64,000 nt of DNA, from the NCBI GenBank assembly GCA_964507445.1, contig CAZDQF010000005.1:38436-102435 (forward strand), in the 5' to 3' direction. Below, piece after piece: positions 1 through 9,243 of the stretch. Position 1 is the stretch's first letter. The number at the start of each line of letters is the position of its first letter. Both the position numbers and the translations under genes were made by a program. The notes beneath the pieces were generated by a model. That model saw only the letters and a program-made list of their open reading frames with translations, made no database searches and was not told the DNA's origin. Origin of the DNA: an uncultured Isosphaeraceae bacterium. GTDB taxonomy: Bacteria > Planctomycetota > GCA-002687715.

Positions 1-435
1 GACCAGGAGACGGGGGCTCTCTCGTGGGGACGAGATCACTCCAACAACGTCGGTGGGTCAGGGGGCGACCACGGCGAGCAGGTCCATCACCCCGTCCTCC
101 GCGACGGCCTCCTCTTCGTGGAGCCGATCGCCTATCACCTGAAGGACGGTGAGCGGTGGAAGCCTGACGGCAAGGCGGCCTGGTACATGCCCCCGCGCCG
201 CGGGTGCGGCGCGTTCTCCGCATCCGATCAGTGCCTGTACTTCCGCAACCACAATCCGATCGCTCTGCCCATCGCCAAGGAAGCACGCCAGAGCAAGATC
301 ACGGCCGTCACCCGCCCCGGATGCTGGATCAGCATCCTGCCCGTGGGCGGCATGGTGCTCTTGCCGGAGGCCAGCTCCGGGTGCGTCTGCTCGTTCCCGA
401 TCCAGACGTCCCTGGGGTTCGTACCCCGCAGGTGA
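1..435 (+). CDS. C-terminal fragment of an unidentified protein; the gene continues upstream of the window
   Basis: Frame-1 reading frame is open from nt 1 to a TGA stop at 433-435. Composition is balanced, unlike the Pro/Arg-rich spurious frames. No family recognised. Confidence 0.3.
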   Translation, partial: DQETGALSWGRDHSNNVGGSGGDHGEQVHHPVLRDGLLFVEPIAYHLKDGERWKPDGKAAWYMPPRRGCGAFSASDQCLYFRNHNPIALPIAKEARQSKITAVTRPGCWISILPVGGMVLLPEASSGCVCSFPIQTSLGFVPRR

Positions 436-437
436 CC

Positions 438-1235
438 TCAGTCGATCCGGAGCGAGAGGCAGGTAGGCCCGCCGTTCCCCTTGATGAACTCGCTGAGCGG
501 GACCGGCGTGACGTGAAAGCCGAGGCGCGTCAGGGCCCTGCAGGTCCCCGAAGCCTCCGCCGGAACGATGACCTGGCCGTTCACCGGCAGGACGTTCGCA
601 CCCTCAGCCTCCGGCGCCACCACCAGCTCCATGCCCGGGAAGGTGTCGGGCCTCACCATCCCCGCTGCGTGGAGCACCAGACCGCGACCCAGGTAGGTAC
701 AGCACGACTTGAGGTGCAGCGCTCCCTCGACGGGGACGGGTCTCACGGTCATCCCGACTTCGTGAGCGACGCTGGCGAGAAAATCCAGACCACCCCGTGA
801 AGATCGCTCGGACAACCCCACATAGAGATCGTCGCCAATACGGAGGACGTCGCCACCGTCCAAGGTCATCCCTGCAGGCATCCCGTGGACGACGCCGCAC
901 TCCTGAAGGTGCGACCGCACCCCCGCCGCCTCTCCGGAACGCGCGAACACCGCAGACCGCGCCAAGACGACCTGGCGGCGCGGGAGAATCACCGCCGTGT
1001 CTTCGATGAAGGGAGCGTCTGGCAACGGGTCGTCAGCCCTTAGCACGACGACCTGGGCATCGGCTTGGCGCAGCGCCCGCACGTACTGCTTGTGCTGGGC
1101 GCGGGCCAACGTCACGTCGATCCGCTCGTTGAACCCCGGCCGCTTGAGGCATCGGTGGTAGGAGTCGGGCACGTCCCTCACGAGCGCGAGTCGGACCCTG
1201 TGCTCGACGTCAACTGGTCCAGGAGTGGTGGGCAT
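438..1235 (-). CDS. amidinotransferase-superfamily enzyme, dimethylarginine dimethylaminohydrolase (DDAH)-like
   Basis: 265 aa with ATG at 1235 (plus-strand cat 1233-1235). The C-terminal segment HLKSCCTYL...GGPTCLSLRID, with a Cys close to the C-terminus, is typical of the DDAH / arginine-deiminase fold. Confidence 0.55.
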   Translation of the reverse strand: MPTTPGPVDVEHRVRLALVRDVPDSYHRCLKRPGFNERIDVTLARAQHKQYVRALRQADAQVVVLRADDPLPDAPFIEDTAVILPRRQVVLARSAVFARSGEAAGVRSHLQECGVVHGMPAGMTLDGGDVLRIGDDLYVGLSERSSRGGLDFLASVAHEVGMTVRPVPVEGALHLKSCCTYLGRGLVLHAAGMVRPDTFPGMELVVAPEAEGANVLPVNGQVIVPAEASGTCRALTRLGFHVTPVPLSEFIKGNGGPTCLSLRID

Positions 1236-1389
1236 GACTGATGGTGCTCTCTCGGCCTTCCCCTCGAAACCACCCGCCTCTGTATTGATCGGCCTCGCAG
1301 CCTCCCGATCGTGATCAAGTATGATCAGACGCTACCATTCCCGCGTCGCCGTACGCCTTTCCACGCATCAAGACTTCCCGGGAGCACTG

Positions 1390-2307
1390 GTGAGCCACCT
1401 CGGAGACCTCCCAAGCGAACAGATCAACCCGCGGTCCATGGGGCTCGACCTCCTCTCCTCCGAGGAGATCGTGGACGTCATCAACACCGAAGATCGTCGT
1501 GTGGCGGAAGCGGTCAACAAGGTCCGCGCCTCGCTCTCGACAGCGGTCGATCGAGCCGCCGAGAGCATCCGATCTGGAGGGCGGATTCACTCGTTCGGAG
1601 CTGGAACATCCGGTCGCCTGGCGGTCCTCGACGCCTCCGAAGCCCATCCGACCTTCGGGGTCTCCCCAGACCTCGTCCAAGGCCACATCGCAGGCGGAGA
1701 CAGGGCCCTCAGGTCTCCGGTGGAGGGCGCTGAAGATGACCCGGACGCGGGCGCCGCCGCCGTGGACGCCGCCGCCGTGACCGGCGGAGACGTGGTCATC
1801 GCCCTGTCCGCCAGCGGACGCACGCCCTGGTGCGTGGGGGTGCTACGCCGTGCTTCTGCTCTTGGCGCGTTCACCGTGGCCGTGACGTGCAACGAAGCGG
1901 CGCCCATGAAGTCGGAAGCAGACCTCTCCATCATCCCCTTGGTGGGCCCCGAGGTGATCACGGGCTCTACCCGCATGAAGGCCGGCACGGCGCAGAAGCT
2001 GGTCCTCAACACCATCACCACCGGGGCCATGGTCAGGGCCGGATTCACCTACGGGAACCTCATGGTCGGGCTGACGCCCACCAATGAGAAGTTGAGAGAA
2101 CGGGCTCGGCGCCTCGTCCGCAAGATTACGGGACACGACAACGTCGACGTCCCCCTCGAACAGTGTGGCTGGAGCGTCCGCGCCGCCTGCCTCATGCTGA
2201 TGCATCGTCTCAGTCCAGAGACAGCCCATCAACGCCTCGCGGCGTACCAGGGCTCGCTGCGCGAAGCGTTGCAACATACTGATGCCAAAGGGCGACGGGA
2301 CGAGTGA
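1390..2307 (+). CDS. murQ: N-acetylmuramic acid 6-phosphate etherase
   Basis: SIS-domain protein. GAGTSGRLAVLDASE and GSTRMKAGTAQKLVLN are hallmark MurQ motifs, and the N-terminus aligns with E. coli MurQ. The ORF track starts at 1321; I prefer GTG 1390, which has a GGGAG ribosome-binding site 6 nt upstream. Stop TGA 2305-2307. Confidence 0.85.
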   Translation: MSHLGDLPSEQINPRSMGLDLLSSEEIVDVINTEDRRVAEAVNKVRASLSTAVDRAAESIRSGGRIHSFGAGTSGRLAVLDASEAHPTFGVSPDLVQGHIAGGDRALRSPVEGAEDDPDAGAAAVDAAAVTGGDVVIALSASGRTPWCVGVLRRASALGAFTVAVTCNEAAPMKSEADLSIIPLVGPEVITGSTRMKAGTAQKLVLNTITTGAMVRAGFTYGNLMVGLTPTNEKLRERARRLVRKITGHDNVDVPLEQCGWSVRAACLMLMHRLSPETAHQRLAAYQGSLREALQHTDAKGRRDE

Positions 2308-2444
2308 CCGGGTCTGCTGCCGCGCAGAATCAACGGCCCTGTGGATTGGGTCCCGATGAGCGGCTCGACCGTGGTAGCCTTGATGTCGGTAGCCAATACC
2401 ACTTCACACTCCACACACTCTCTTGCCCTCAGTACCACTTCGCC

Positions 2445-4118
2445 ATGAAAGTCGCTGCCGTCGCCGCGGTCATGCTCGCGGCCTCCGTCTTTGCGCAACA
2501 ACCCAACGGCCCTGAGCCCAGGGACTTGCGCGGGACCAATTACACGCCGGGGATGCAGGCCCTCTTCAACAACGTCGTTGGCATGCTCCCCAGCCCCGCC
2601 GAACCAGGAGCCACTGCGGTCGGTCAATTCGACGCCGCCATGGTCGACGAAGAGCTCAAGAGGATGCGGCTGTCGGGCGTGAACAACGTCCGCCTGCTCC
2701 CCTCTTTCTGGGCCTGGGTCATTGACCGAAACGGCTATATGCAGTGCCTGAAGACGCTCTCACGGCTGTGCAGCCAGCACGGCATCACCATCACCTATCA
2801 GGTCTGGAGCTCCATCCCCAAGACCTCGGCCGTCATGTCCGTGAGCGGGGTCGTGAGCAAGGAGCTATGGACCGAGTTGAGCGGCAGTGACCCCAGCGCT
2901 CCGACGAACTACGGCGTCCTCAACGGCTGCTTGCTCCGGTCCATTCAACACCACCAGGATTTTGTGATCCAAGGCGGCTACATCCCCGCTGGGGAGCCGT
3001 GGCAATCCTCCATCTTCGATGAACCCGGCAACGAGCTGATCGCGCTCTCCGGTGACTACGGCGCCTGGCCGTACAACATGAAGACGCGGATCAACGCGTA
3101 CCTGGAGCAGATCGCCATCTTCTTTGCCACGGATCCGGACGGGGCAGCCGCGTTTCACGGCTACGACCTGTTCAACGAGCCCGACGCCATTGAGACGATC
3201 CCGATCACCAACTACCTGCAGTTCATCAAGACGACCTACGACAAGTTGAGCCTGCACCACTCTGACGCTCGCTTCACCATCGGCTGGGCCAACGACGACT
3301 GGCGCGCGGACACCTATGACGAGATGGCCGAGTCCATGGGGATCGGACGGACGTACTACTCGTTCCACTCCTACACACATCCAATCCCCTTCGCCGAGCG
3401 GTTGAAAGACCGCAAGGCCCACGCGGAAGCGGCAGGCGTCGACCTGGTCTGCTCGGAGTTCCATCGCACGGATTACACCGCCGGGACGCTCAAGTACCAG
3501 CTGGCCGCGTTGGACCGGGAAGACACCGGCGGGCAGATCTGGGGCTTCCTTCAGTCCAATCTATTCCTGAAGTGGCCGTCCGGGAGTCACCCCATCGACG
3601 GGCTCTACATCCCGTCGCTCCTGCCTGGGGACGTGCCGCACTTCGAGCCCAACAACGAGACCGATCTGGCGGCGTTCGAGGCCTGGACCAACGGCGACCT
3701 GTCCGCCCCTCCCTACACCACCATCGAGATCCTCAGTTCCGACTCGGGCCCGCTCACGAGCGTGGTCCCGGGGGGCAGCTACAACGTCGCCCTCAGCAGC
3801 TCCAAGACCGACTGTCCCGCCCAGCTGCACGCCTCCCTCCGGCCCATCGCTCCGCCAGCCTGCCTTGCCACCGTGGGACCAGGGTGCATGGTCTTCCCGG
3901 GTCTCGGCCCGGTGAGCGCGTCCACCAACTTGTGGAGCGTGCCCCTGGGAATCCTGACCTCCACCTACAAGCTGTTCCCCAACGCCCTCAACATTCCGGT
4001 CTCCGCCACCCCCGGGGAAGTGGTGACCGTCTACGCCTACGCCGGCACCTACCCGTGGCATGATTTCAATCTGAACACGGGGGAGATCACCGCACCGCTG
4101 GCACTGACTGTTCAGTAA
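2445..4118 (+). CDS. secreted glycoside hydrolase, GH5-like (cellulase superfamily)
   Basis: Internal ATG 2445 gives the signal peptide MKVAAVAAVMLAASVFAQQ. HGYDLFNEPD is an NEP-type catalytic acid/base motif of clan GH-A / GH5. The ORF-track start 2304 looks like a 5' over-extension. Confidence 0.5.
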   Translation: MKVAAVAAVMLAASVFAQQPNGPEPRDLRGTNYTPGMQALFNNVVGMLPSPAEPGATAVGQFDAAMVDEELKRMRLSGVNNVRLLPSFWAWVIDRNGYMQCLKTLSRLCSQHGITITYQVWSSIPKTSAVMSVSGVVSKELWTELSGSDPSAPTNYGVLNGCLLRSIQHHQDFVIQGGYIPAGEPWQSSIFDEPGNELIALSGDYGAWPYNMKTRINAYLEQIAIFFATDPDGAAAFHGYDLFNEPDAIETIPITNYLQFIKTTYDKLSLHHSDARFTIGWANDDWRADTYDEMAESMGIGRTYYSFHSYTHPIPFAERLKDRKAHAEAAGVDLVCSEFHRTDYTAGTLKYQLAALDREDTGGQIWGFLQSNLFLKWPSGSHPIDGLYIPSLLPGDVPHFEPNNETDLAAFEAWTNGDLSAPPYTTIEILSSDSGPLTSVVPGGSYNVALSSSKTDCPAQLHASLRPIAPPACLATVGPGCMVFPGLGPVSASTNLWSVPLGILTSTYKLFPNALNIPVSATPGEVVTVYAYAGTYPWHDFNLNTGEITAPLALTVQ

Positions 4119-4225
4119 GGCGTTTCAACCAAAGGGCTTAGATAAGAAGGAGCCTTCCCGACACGACCAACATCTCTCCTTTTTTCGAATTTCCCTATAA
4201 AACCGCAATATCTTACATATACTGC

Positions 4226-4450
4226 TGTGCATCGAGATCACACCGGGGCCCCGGCAACGGGAGCTCTGGCACGTGGCAAAGGGAACTACGGGGAAGGAGT
4301 CCGAGACAGGTTCTGGCGTGGCTCGCGAGCCGACGCGCACCACTGGGGGGTGGACGCAGCGACAGCCGCGAGCGCAGGAGACTTCGGTCACCCGCGTCAG
4401 GTCATGACTCGGTCCGAGCGCCGCGCCGAAAGGTGCGGCGCTTTTTTTTG
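4226..4450 (+). ncRNA. candidate small RNA or 3'-UTR element
   Basis: GC-rich segment of about 225 nt, bounded upstream by an AT-rich island with TATACT at 4218-4223 and downstream by the intrinsic terminator at 4417-4450. No convincing ORF; the 108-aa ORF at 4227-4553 reads through the terminator and is Gly/Arg/Ala-rich. No match to tmRNA, SRP RNA or RNase P motifs. Confidence 0.2.
4417..4450 (+). terminator. rho-independent terminator
   Basis: AGCGCCGCGCC-GAAA-GGTGCGGCGCT forms an 11-bp GC-rich stem with one G-U pair and a GAAA tetraloop, followed by TTTTTTTT. The T-run is on the plus strand only. Confidence 0.6.
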
Positions 4451-4549
4451 GGGGTGGTCTTTCTTGATCTGGGCCGAAACCAGCCGAGACAATCGAAGCA
4501 AGCGCAGGCCGTTGGCCCGCACGTACCGGCAGGAGCCGGCAGGAGAAGC

Positions 4550-7300
4550 ATGAGCAGCCAGGGTTTCACATCGCAGGACGCCAAGGTCGATCAGGTCGAT
4601 GGTCCGGCCTGGCACCCAACGCTGCCTGCCCGCCTCGGCCGCTACCGGATCCTCAAGAAGCTGGGCGGCGGCGGCATGGGGGTCGTCCTCCTCGCCCGCG
4701 ACGATCAGCTGGACAGGGACGTGGCCATCAAGGTGGTCCGCCCGGATCAGGCGCTCCTGGATGAACCTCATCCTCGATTTCAGCGAGAGATCGACGCCGT
4801 CGCCCGGCTCCATCACCACGGGATCGCACCCATCCACGACGCGGGGTTCGACGCCGGGCTCTCCTGGTACGCCATGGAGTGGATCCCGGGGTGCACCCTG
4901 TCGGAGCTCGTGAAGGAACTGGGGGCGAGTGACCCCAGGACACTGACCGGTCTCGACGCCCATCGAGCCGTGGCCCAGCTCTCCGCAACCAAGCACCCTC
5001 CCGTGGTCCCGCAGGCGGAGCCGAACGAGCTCTTCGACGGCACATGGGCCACGTTCGCGTTCCGCGTCACCGAGCGCATCGCCGGCACCCTCGATCACGC
5101 CCACGCTCAGGGCACGCTTCATCGGGACGTGAAGCCATCCAACGTCATGATCACGCCCGACGGACGGGTCTTCCTGATCGACTTCGGGCTCGCCATTCAC
5201 GAAGAGCAGGAGACCATCACTCACACCGGCGTAGCGGTCGGATCGCTGCCTTACATGGCGCCCGAACAACTCCAGGGTCTGACCTCAGCCCTGGACGGGA
5301 GGACGGATATCTACGCCCTCGGGGTGACCCTCTATGAGCTCGCCACCCTTCGACAACCGTTCCGTTCGTCCAATGACGAGGCGACCCGCCGACGCATCAT
5401 CCATCAGGACATCCCGCGAGCGCGTGTCCTGAACCCGGACCTCAGCTGGGATCAGGAGACGGTCATCAGCGTGGCCATGGACCCGGTTCCCAGCCGCCGC
5501 TACCGGTCGACCGCCGCAATGGCCTCGGATCTCGCCAACGTCTGCGCCGGCCGGGCCGTGAACGCGCGACGGGCGGCCGCTCACGTCCGGTTGTCCCGCT
5601 GGATACGGATGCACCCCACCGCCACGACGGGTGTAGGCCTGGGCCTCATGACCATCGCAGCCCTGACCTGGGGCCTCGTGCGTGCCAAGGAAGACGCTGA
5701 CAGGATCTCCCGTGCCCTGACCGCCGCAGACAGCGCCCGGGTCGCCGCAGACAGCAGCCGCCTGCAGATGACGGAGCTCATCTCGAGCGAGTTTGAGTTC
5801 CTCAACTCAGGCGACACGGACGGCCGCATCGTGGACCTCGAGGGGATCTACGAGAGCCGGCGCCGGCGACTGGCGAGCCTCGAGCTGTCCCCGGCCGAGA
5901 CCGCCTTCTATCGTTACAACCTGGCCCGCATCGCCAACAGGCTCTCCCGCCATCGGGACGCTCGTGACGACGACGCGACGGCGCTGGCGATCTACCGCGA
6001 GCTCTTCGACGGCGATCACGAGATGATCGCGACCTCCCTCGACAAGCTGGCCAACGACTATCAGTTCCTCGATGACATCGACGCGGCGGAGGCCCTGTGT
6101 GAGGAGTCCCTCGCCATGCGCGCCAGGATGCACGGGGAGGACTCTCTCCCCTACGCTCGGAGCCTCTCCACCCGAGCCGGGATTCAACGCCGGCGCGGCG
6201 ACATCGATCAGGCACATCGGACCTACCAGAGCGTCCTGAAGGTGTATGAACGAGAGCTGGAAGCGGCGTCGTCATCCCGCCATCCCTTGAGCGATGCGCT
6301 GCTCATGAGCCTCAGAGAATCCGCAGGTGAGATCCACCACGGACTTGGGATAACGCTGCTCAGGTCTTCTGATCCTCGGGGCGCCCGGGAGCACTTCGAA
6401 GCAGCTCTGGCGCACTTCGCCAGGTCCCGGGGTGTCCCGGTGGATCAGGCTTCCTGTCAGTATCATCTGGCTATCTGCGCCCGCGTCACGGGCGAACTCG
6501 ACGCGGCCCGCGAGCACCTCGAACAAGCGGCGGAGATCCAACAACGATACCTCGGACCGGATGACATCCTGGCCCACCAGATTTGCAGTGAACGCGGCCA
6601 CGTGGAGTGGGCTGCGGGACGACGCGAAGACTCCGTCACCTTCCTGATGGACGCGGTAGACGGGTTCTCCCGATCGGAGATCGAAGACCGGTCCAAGGCC
6701 CCCGCCACGCGCGTCGTCCTCGCGAGCTACCTCATGAAGATGAACCGTGACGCCGACGCCATCGCGCAGCTGGAGGCGGCGGAGACGGAGGCCGCAGCCG
6801 TCAACGACCCGCTCATCGCAGGCAGCGTCCAGTGGGCGCTCGCGGACATCGCCGAGAAGCTGGGACGGGCCGAGGAGGCGATCCCGAGGAGACGGACCTA
6901 CATCAAGGCTCACGAGCAGTCCCTCGGACGCGACCATGCCCGCGTCATCACCCTCAGGCTGGTTCAGTGCCGCACCCTCGCCCGGTCAGGAGCCACCCAG
7001 GACAGTCGCCGTTGCCTGGAGGGAATCCTGGAGTGGCTGGCAGATCGAGAAGGCGCGCAGGCCCGTCTCGTCACCCGCTCCCTGGGTCCCCTCTACCTGG
7101 CAGACCTCTTCGAAGCGCTGATCGAAGCTGACGACTCCGAGGGCGCCATCAAACTGGCGGTCGAGGTGGCGACCCAGCGCTTCCGCGTTGAACAGCCCAA
7201 TCCGGATGAGCGCCTCGCCTACCTCAGCCGGCTGACCGACATCTTCACCGAAATGGGCGAGGCGCTGATCGCCCGCGAGATCCGCAAGCGCATGCAATGA
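4550..7300 (+). CDS. Ser/Thr protein kinase with C-terminal TPR-like repeat region
   Basis: ATG 4550 with an AGGAGA ribosome-binding site. Kinase motifs GGGGMGVV, AIKVV, HRDVKPSNVM, IDFGLA and APE, then a single transmembrane helix around residue 380 and about 550 aa of helical repeats. The ORF-track start 4433 lies inside the terminator. Confidence 0.85.
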   Translation: MSSQGFTSQDAKVDQVDGPAWHPTLPARLGRYRILKKLGGGGMGVVLLARDDQLDRDVAIKVVRPDQALLDEPHPRFQREIDAVARLHHHGIAPIHDAGFDAGLSWYAMEWIPGCTLSELVKELGASDPRTLTGLDAHRAVAQLSATKHPPVVPQAEPNELFDGTWATFAFRVTERIAGTLDHAHAQGTLHRDVKPSNVMITPDGRVFLIDFGLAIHEEQETITHTGVAVGSLPYMAPEQLQGLTSALDGRTDIYALGVTLYELATLRQPFRSSNDEATRRRIIHQDIPRARVLNPDLSWDQETVISVAMDPVPSRRYRSTAAMASDLANVCAGRAVNARRAAAHVRLSRWIRMHPTATTGVGLGLMTIAALTWGLVRAKEDADRISRALTAADSARVAADSSRLQMTELISSEFEFLNSGDTDGRIVDLEGIYESRRRRLASLELSPAETAFYRYNLARIANRLSRHRDARDDDATALAIYRELFDGDHEMIATSLDKLANDYQFLDDIDAAEALCEESLAMRARMHGEDSLPYARSLSTRAGIQRRRGDIDQAHRTYQSVLKVYERELEAASSSRHPLSDALLMSLRESAGEIHHGLGITLLRSSDPRGAREHFEAALAHFARSRGVPVDQASCQYHLAICARVTGELDAAREHLEQAAEIQQRYLGPDDILAHQICSERGHVEWAAGRREDSVTFLMDAVDGFSRSEIEDRSKAPATRVVLASYLMKMNRDADAIAQLEAAETEAAAVNDPLIAGSVQWALADIAEKLGRAEEAIPRRRTYIKAHEQSLGRDHARVITLRLVQCRTLARSGATQDSRRCLEGILEWLADREGAQARLVTRSLGPLYLADLFEALIEADDSEGAIKLAVEVATQRFRVEQPNPDERLAYLSRLTDIFTEMGEALIAREIRKRMQ

Positions 7301-7319
7301 GCCCAGCCTCAGGGGCGCG

Positions 7320-8021
7320 TCACCGCAAGAGGAAGTCCATGCTCGCCCCCGGCTGGAACTCCTCCGGGTCCTGGCCGCGGCGGAACAGCCGCGCGCCACG
7401 CTCACCTTCCAGGCGGACCTCCTCCCCGACGACCCGCAACCACGCCCCCTCTCGCAACCCGACCACGGGGGATTCGTTCATCTCGTGGTACTCACGGATG
7501 CGGTCCTCCCTGGTCTCTCCCTTGTGCCTGGAGTCCGGATCCGGGTCCAGGTAGTGCGGGTTCAACTGAAAGGAGACCAGGCCCAGGGCGTCGAAGGTGG
7601 GGGGCTGCACGATGGGCATGTCGTTGGTGGTCATGATGGTCGTGCAGGCGACGTTCGAGCCGGCGCTGCTGCCCATGTAGGGCATACCCTCGGCGACCCG
7701 CCCCCGGATGGCCTCCACGACCCCCGTCTCATGGAGCCTGGTCAACAAGCGGAAGGTGTTCCCGCCGCCGATGAACATGGCCTCCGCCGTGCGCACCGCC
7801 TCCAGTGGTTCCTCGTGCTCATGGATACCCGAGACCCGCAGCTCCATGGCCTCCAGCCGCTCCCTGACGACCGTCGTGTAGCGATCCAGGTCGTGCAGCG
7901 CCCAGGGGACGAACAACACCGTGTCCACCCCGGCCATGGTCTCGCGGACGGCGTGTTCCACGTGGTCCATGTAGCCGTGACCATGAAAAGCCGAGCTGCT
8001 ATTGAGGAGAAGGTTGCGCAT
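7320..8021 (-). CDS. pepE: dipeptidase E (peptidase S51, alpha-aspartyl dipeptidase)
   Basis: 233 aa with FIGGGNTF and SAGS nucleophile-elbow motifs typical of PepE. ATG at 8021 (plus-strand cat 8019-8021). Confidence 0.8.
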   Translation of the reverse strand: MRNLLLNSSSAFHGHGYMDHVEHAVRETMAGVDTVLFVPWALHDLDRYTTVVRERLEAMELRVSGIHEHEEPLEAVRTAEAMFIGGGNTFRLLTRLHETGVVEAIRGRVAEGMPYMGSSAGSNVACTTIMTTNDMPIVQPPTFDALGLVSFQLNPHYLDPDPDSRHKGETREDRIREYHEMNESPVVGLREGAWLRVVGEEVRLEGERGARLFRRGQDPEEFQPGASMDFLLR

Positions 8022-9243
8022 GGCCCGGTATCATACGCCGGTGAACTCTGGAATATCACCGCCGCTGGCACAGCACTGGGGCCTCGATCCCGAGGTCATC
8101 TTCCTCAACCACGGCTCGTTCGGCGCCTGCCCCCGGCTCGTGCTCGACCGACAGTCCGAGCTGCGCGCGCAGCTCGAGCGCCAGCCGGTGGACTTCTTCG
8201 TCCGCCAGTACTACCCGCTGCTCGACGAAGCGCGGCATGGGTTGGCCACGTTCCTGTCCGCGGACCCCGAGGGGCTGGCCTTCGTCCCCAACGCGACGAC
8301 GGGCGTCAACAGCGTCCTGCGCTCTCTCCAGCTGGGGCCGGATGATTCCCTCCTCGTCTCGAACCACGCCTACAACGCGTGCCGCAACGCGCTGGAGTTC
8401 GTCGCCGGGACGGCCGGAGCCAGCGTCGATGTGGTCGACATCCCGTTCCCCTCCGGCGGCGCCGACGAGGTGGTGTCCGCCATCACCTCCCAGGTCACGG
8501 ACCGCACGAGGCTCCTGCTCATCGATCACGTGACCAGCGCGACGGGGCTCGTGCTGCCGATCCAGCGCATCGTCAGGGAGCTGGAGCCGAGAGGTGTCCA
8601 GGTGTTGGTGGACGGAGCGCACGCGCCGGGCATGATCCCGCTGAGCCTCGACGAGCTGGGCGCCACCTACTACACGGGTAACTGCCACAAGTGGATCTGC
8701 GCACCCAAGGGAGCCGCCTTCCTCTGGGTGTCGAGCCGGGCACGGGACGACGTCCGGCCGGCGACCATCAGCCACGGCGCCAACATGCCGACGGACTCGA
8801 GGACGCGATTCCGCCATGAGTTCGACTGGATGGGGACCGATGATCCCACGGCTTACCTGTGCGTACCGGACGCGCTTCGGGTGATGGAGGGGATGGTGGA
8901 CGGCGGATGGAGCGCCGTCATGGATCGCAACCGCGACCTGGCCCTGGCGGCGCGGCGGATGCTCTCAGAACGGCTGGGGCTGGAGCTCCCCTGCCCTGAC
9001 GACATGATCGGGTCCATCGCCGCCTTGTATCTGCCGGACGGCCCCCATCATCCACCCGCCCCCCTCTACGAGGACCCCCTCCAGAGAACCCTGTGGGACG
9101 AACACCGGATCGAGGTCCCCATCGGCCCCTTCCCGAGCGCGCCCCGGCGTCTCCTGCGGATCTCCGCCCAGCTGTACAACTGCATGGAGCACTACGAGCG
9201 ACTCGCGGACGCCGTTCAGCGCGAACTTCAGACCGGCGACTGA
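8020..9243 (+). CDS. class V aminotransferase-fold PLP enzyme (isopenicillin-N epimerase / cysteine desulfurase-like)
   Basis: FLNHGSFGACP N-terminus, a GNCHKW PLP-lysine motif, and family-level similarity over about 400 aa. Start is uncertain (ATG 8020 or GTG 8041); the 5' end overlaps the pepE start head-to-head. Confidence 0.7.
   Translation: MARYHTPVNSGISPPLAQHWGLDPEVIFLNHGSFGACPRLVLDRQSELRAQLERQPVDFFVRQYYPLLDEARHGLATFLSADPEGLAFVPNATTGVNSVLRSLQLGPDDSLLVSNHAYNACRNALEFVAGTAGASVDVVDIPFPSGGADEVVSAITSQVTDRTRLLLIDHVTSATGLVLPIQRIVRELEPRGVQVLVDGAHAPGMIPLSLDELGATYYTGNCHKWICAPKGAAFLWVSSRARDDVRPATISHGANMPTDSRTRFRHEFDWMGTDDPTAYLCVPDALRVMEGMVDGGWSAVMDRNRDLALAARRMLSERLGLELPCPDDMIGSIAALYLPDGPHHPPAPLYEDPLQRTLWDEHRIEVPIGPFPSAPRRLLRISAQLYNCMEHYERLADAVQRELQTGD
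8022..8036 (-). promoter_or_regulatory. -10-like TATGAT lying 8 nt upstream of the pepE ATG (leaderless-type promoter)
   Basis: Sense-strand sequence is GTATGATACCGGGCC followed by ATG. Part of the recurrent TAnnnT-N6-9-ATG pattern described in findings. Confidence 0.3.

Noticed and set aside
2304-2444. N-terminal extensions suggested by the ORF track at 2304, 4433, 20728, 22376, 26335, 29761, 32247, 32635, 34345, 38834, 46469, 49654, 55950 and 61509.
   Set aside because: Internal starts give proper signal peptides or family-typical N-termini, with a ribosome-binding site or -10-like box. The extensions are Arg/Pro-rich or overlap upstream genes or terminators.
4226-4450. Possible SRP RNA, tmRNA or RNase P RNA.
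   Set aside because: GUCAGGUC resembles part of the SRP domain-IV motif, but the GGAAGCAGC continuation is absent. There is no tRNA-like 3' end (tmRNA). Only a partial AGUCCG match to RNase P P4 exists, and the length is too short.
4227-4553. 108-aa ORF in the kinase upstream region.
   Set aside because: It reads straight through the intrinsic terminator at 4417-4450 and is Gly/Arg/Ala-rich. The region is better explained as non-coding.
8011-8037. The 16-nt exact repeat (8016-8031 and 20468-20483) as a mobile or REP-like element.
   Set aside because: Only two copies were seen in the window, with no flanking inverted repeats or target duplications. The gene-start context fits a shared promoter and 5' end better than a mobile element.
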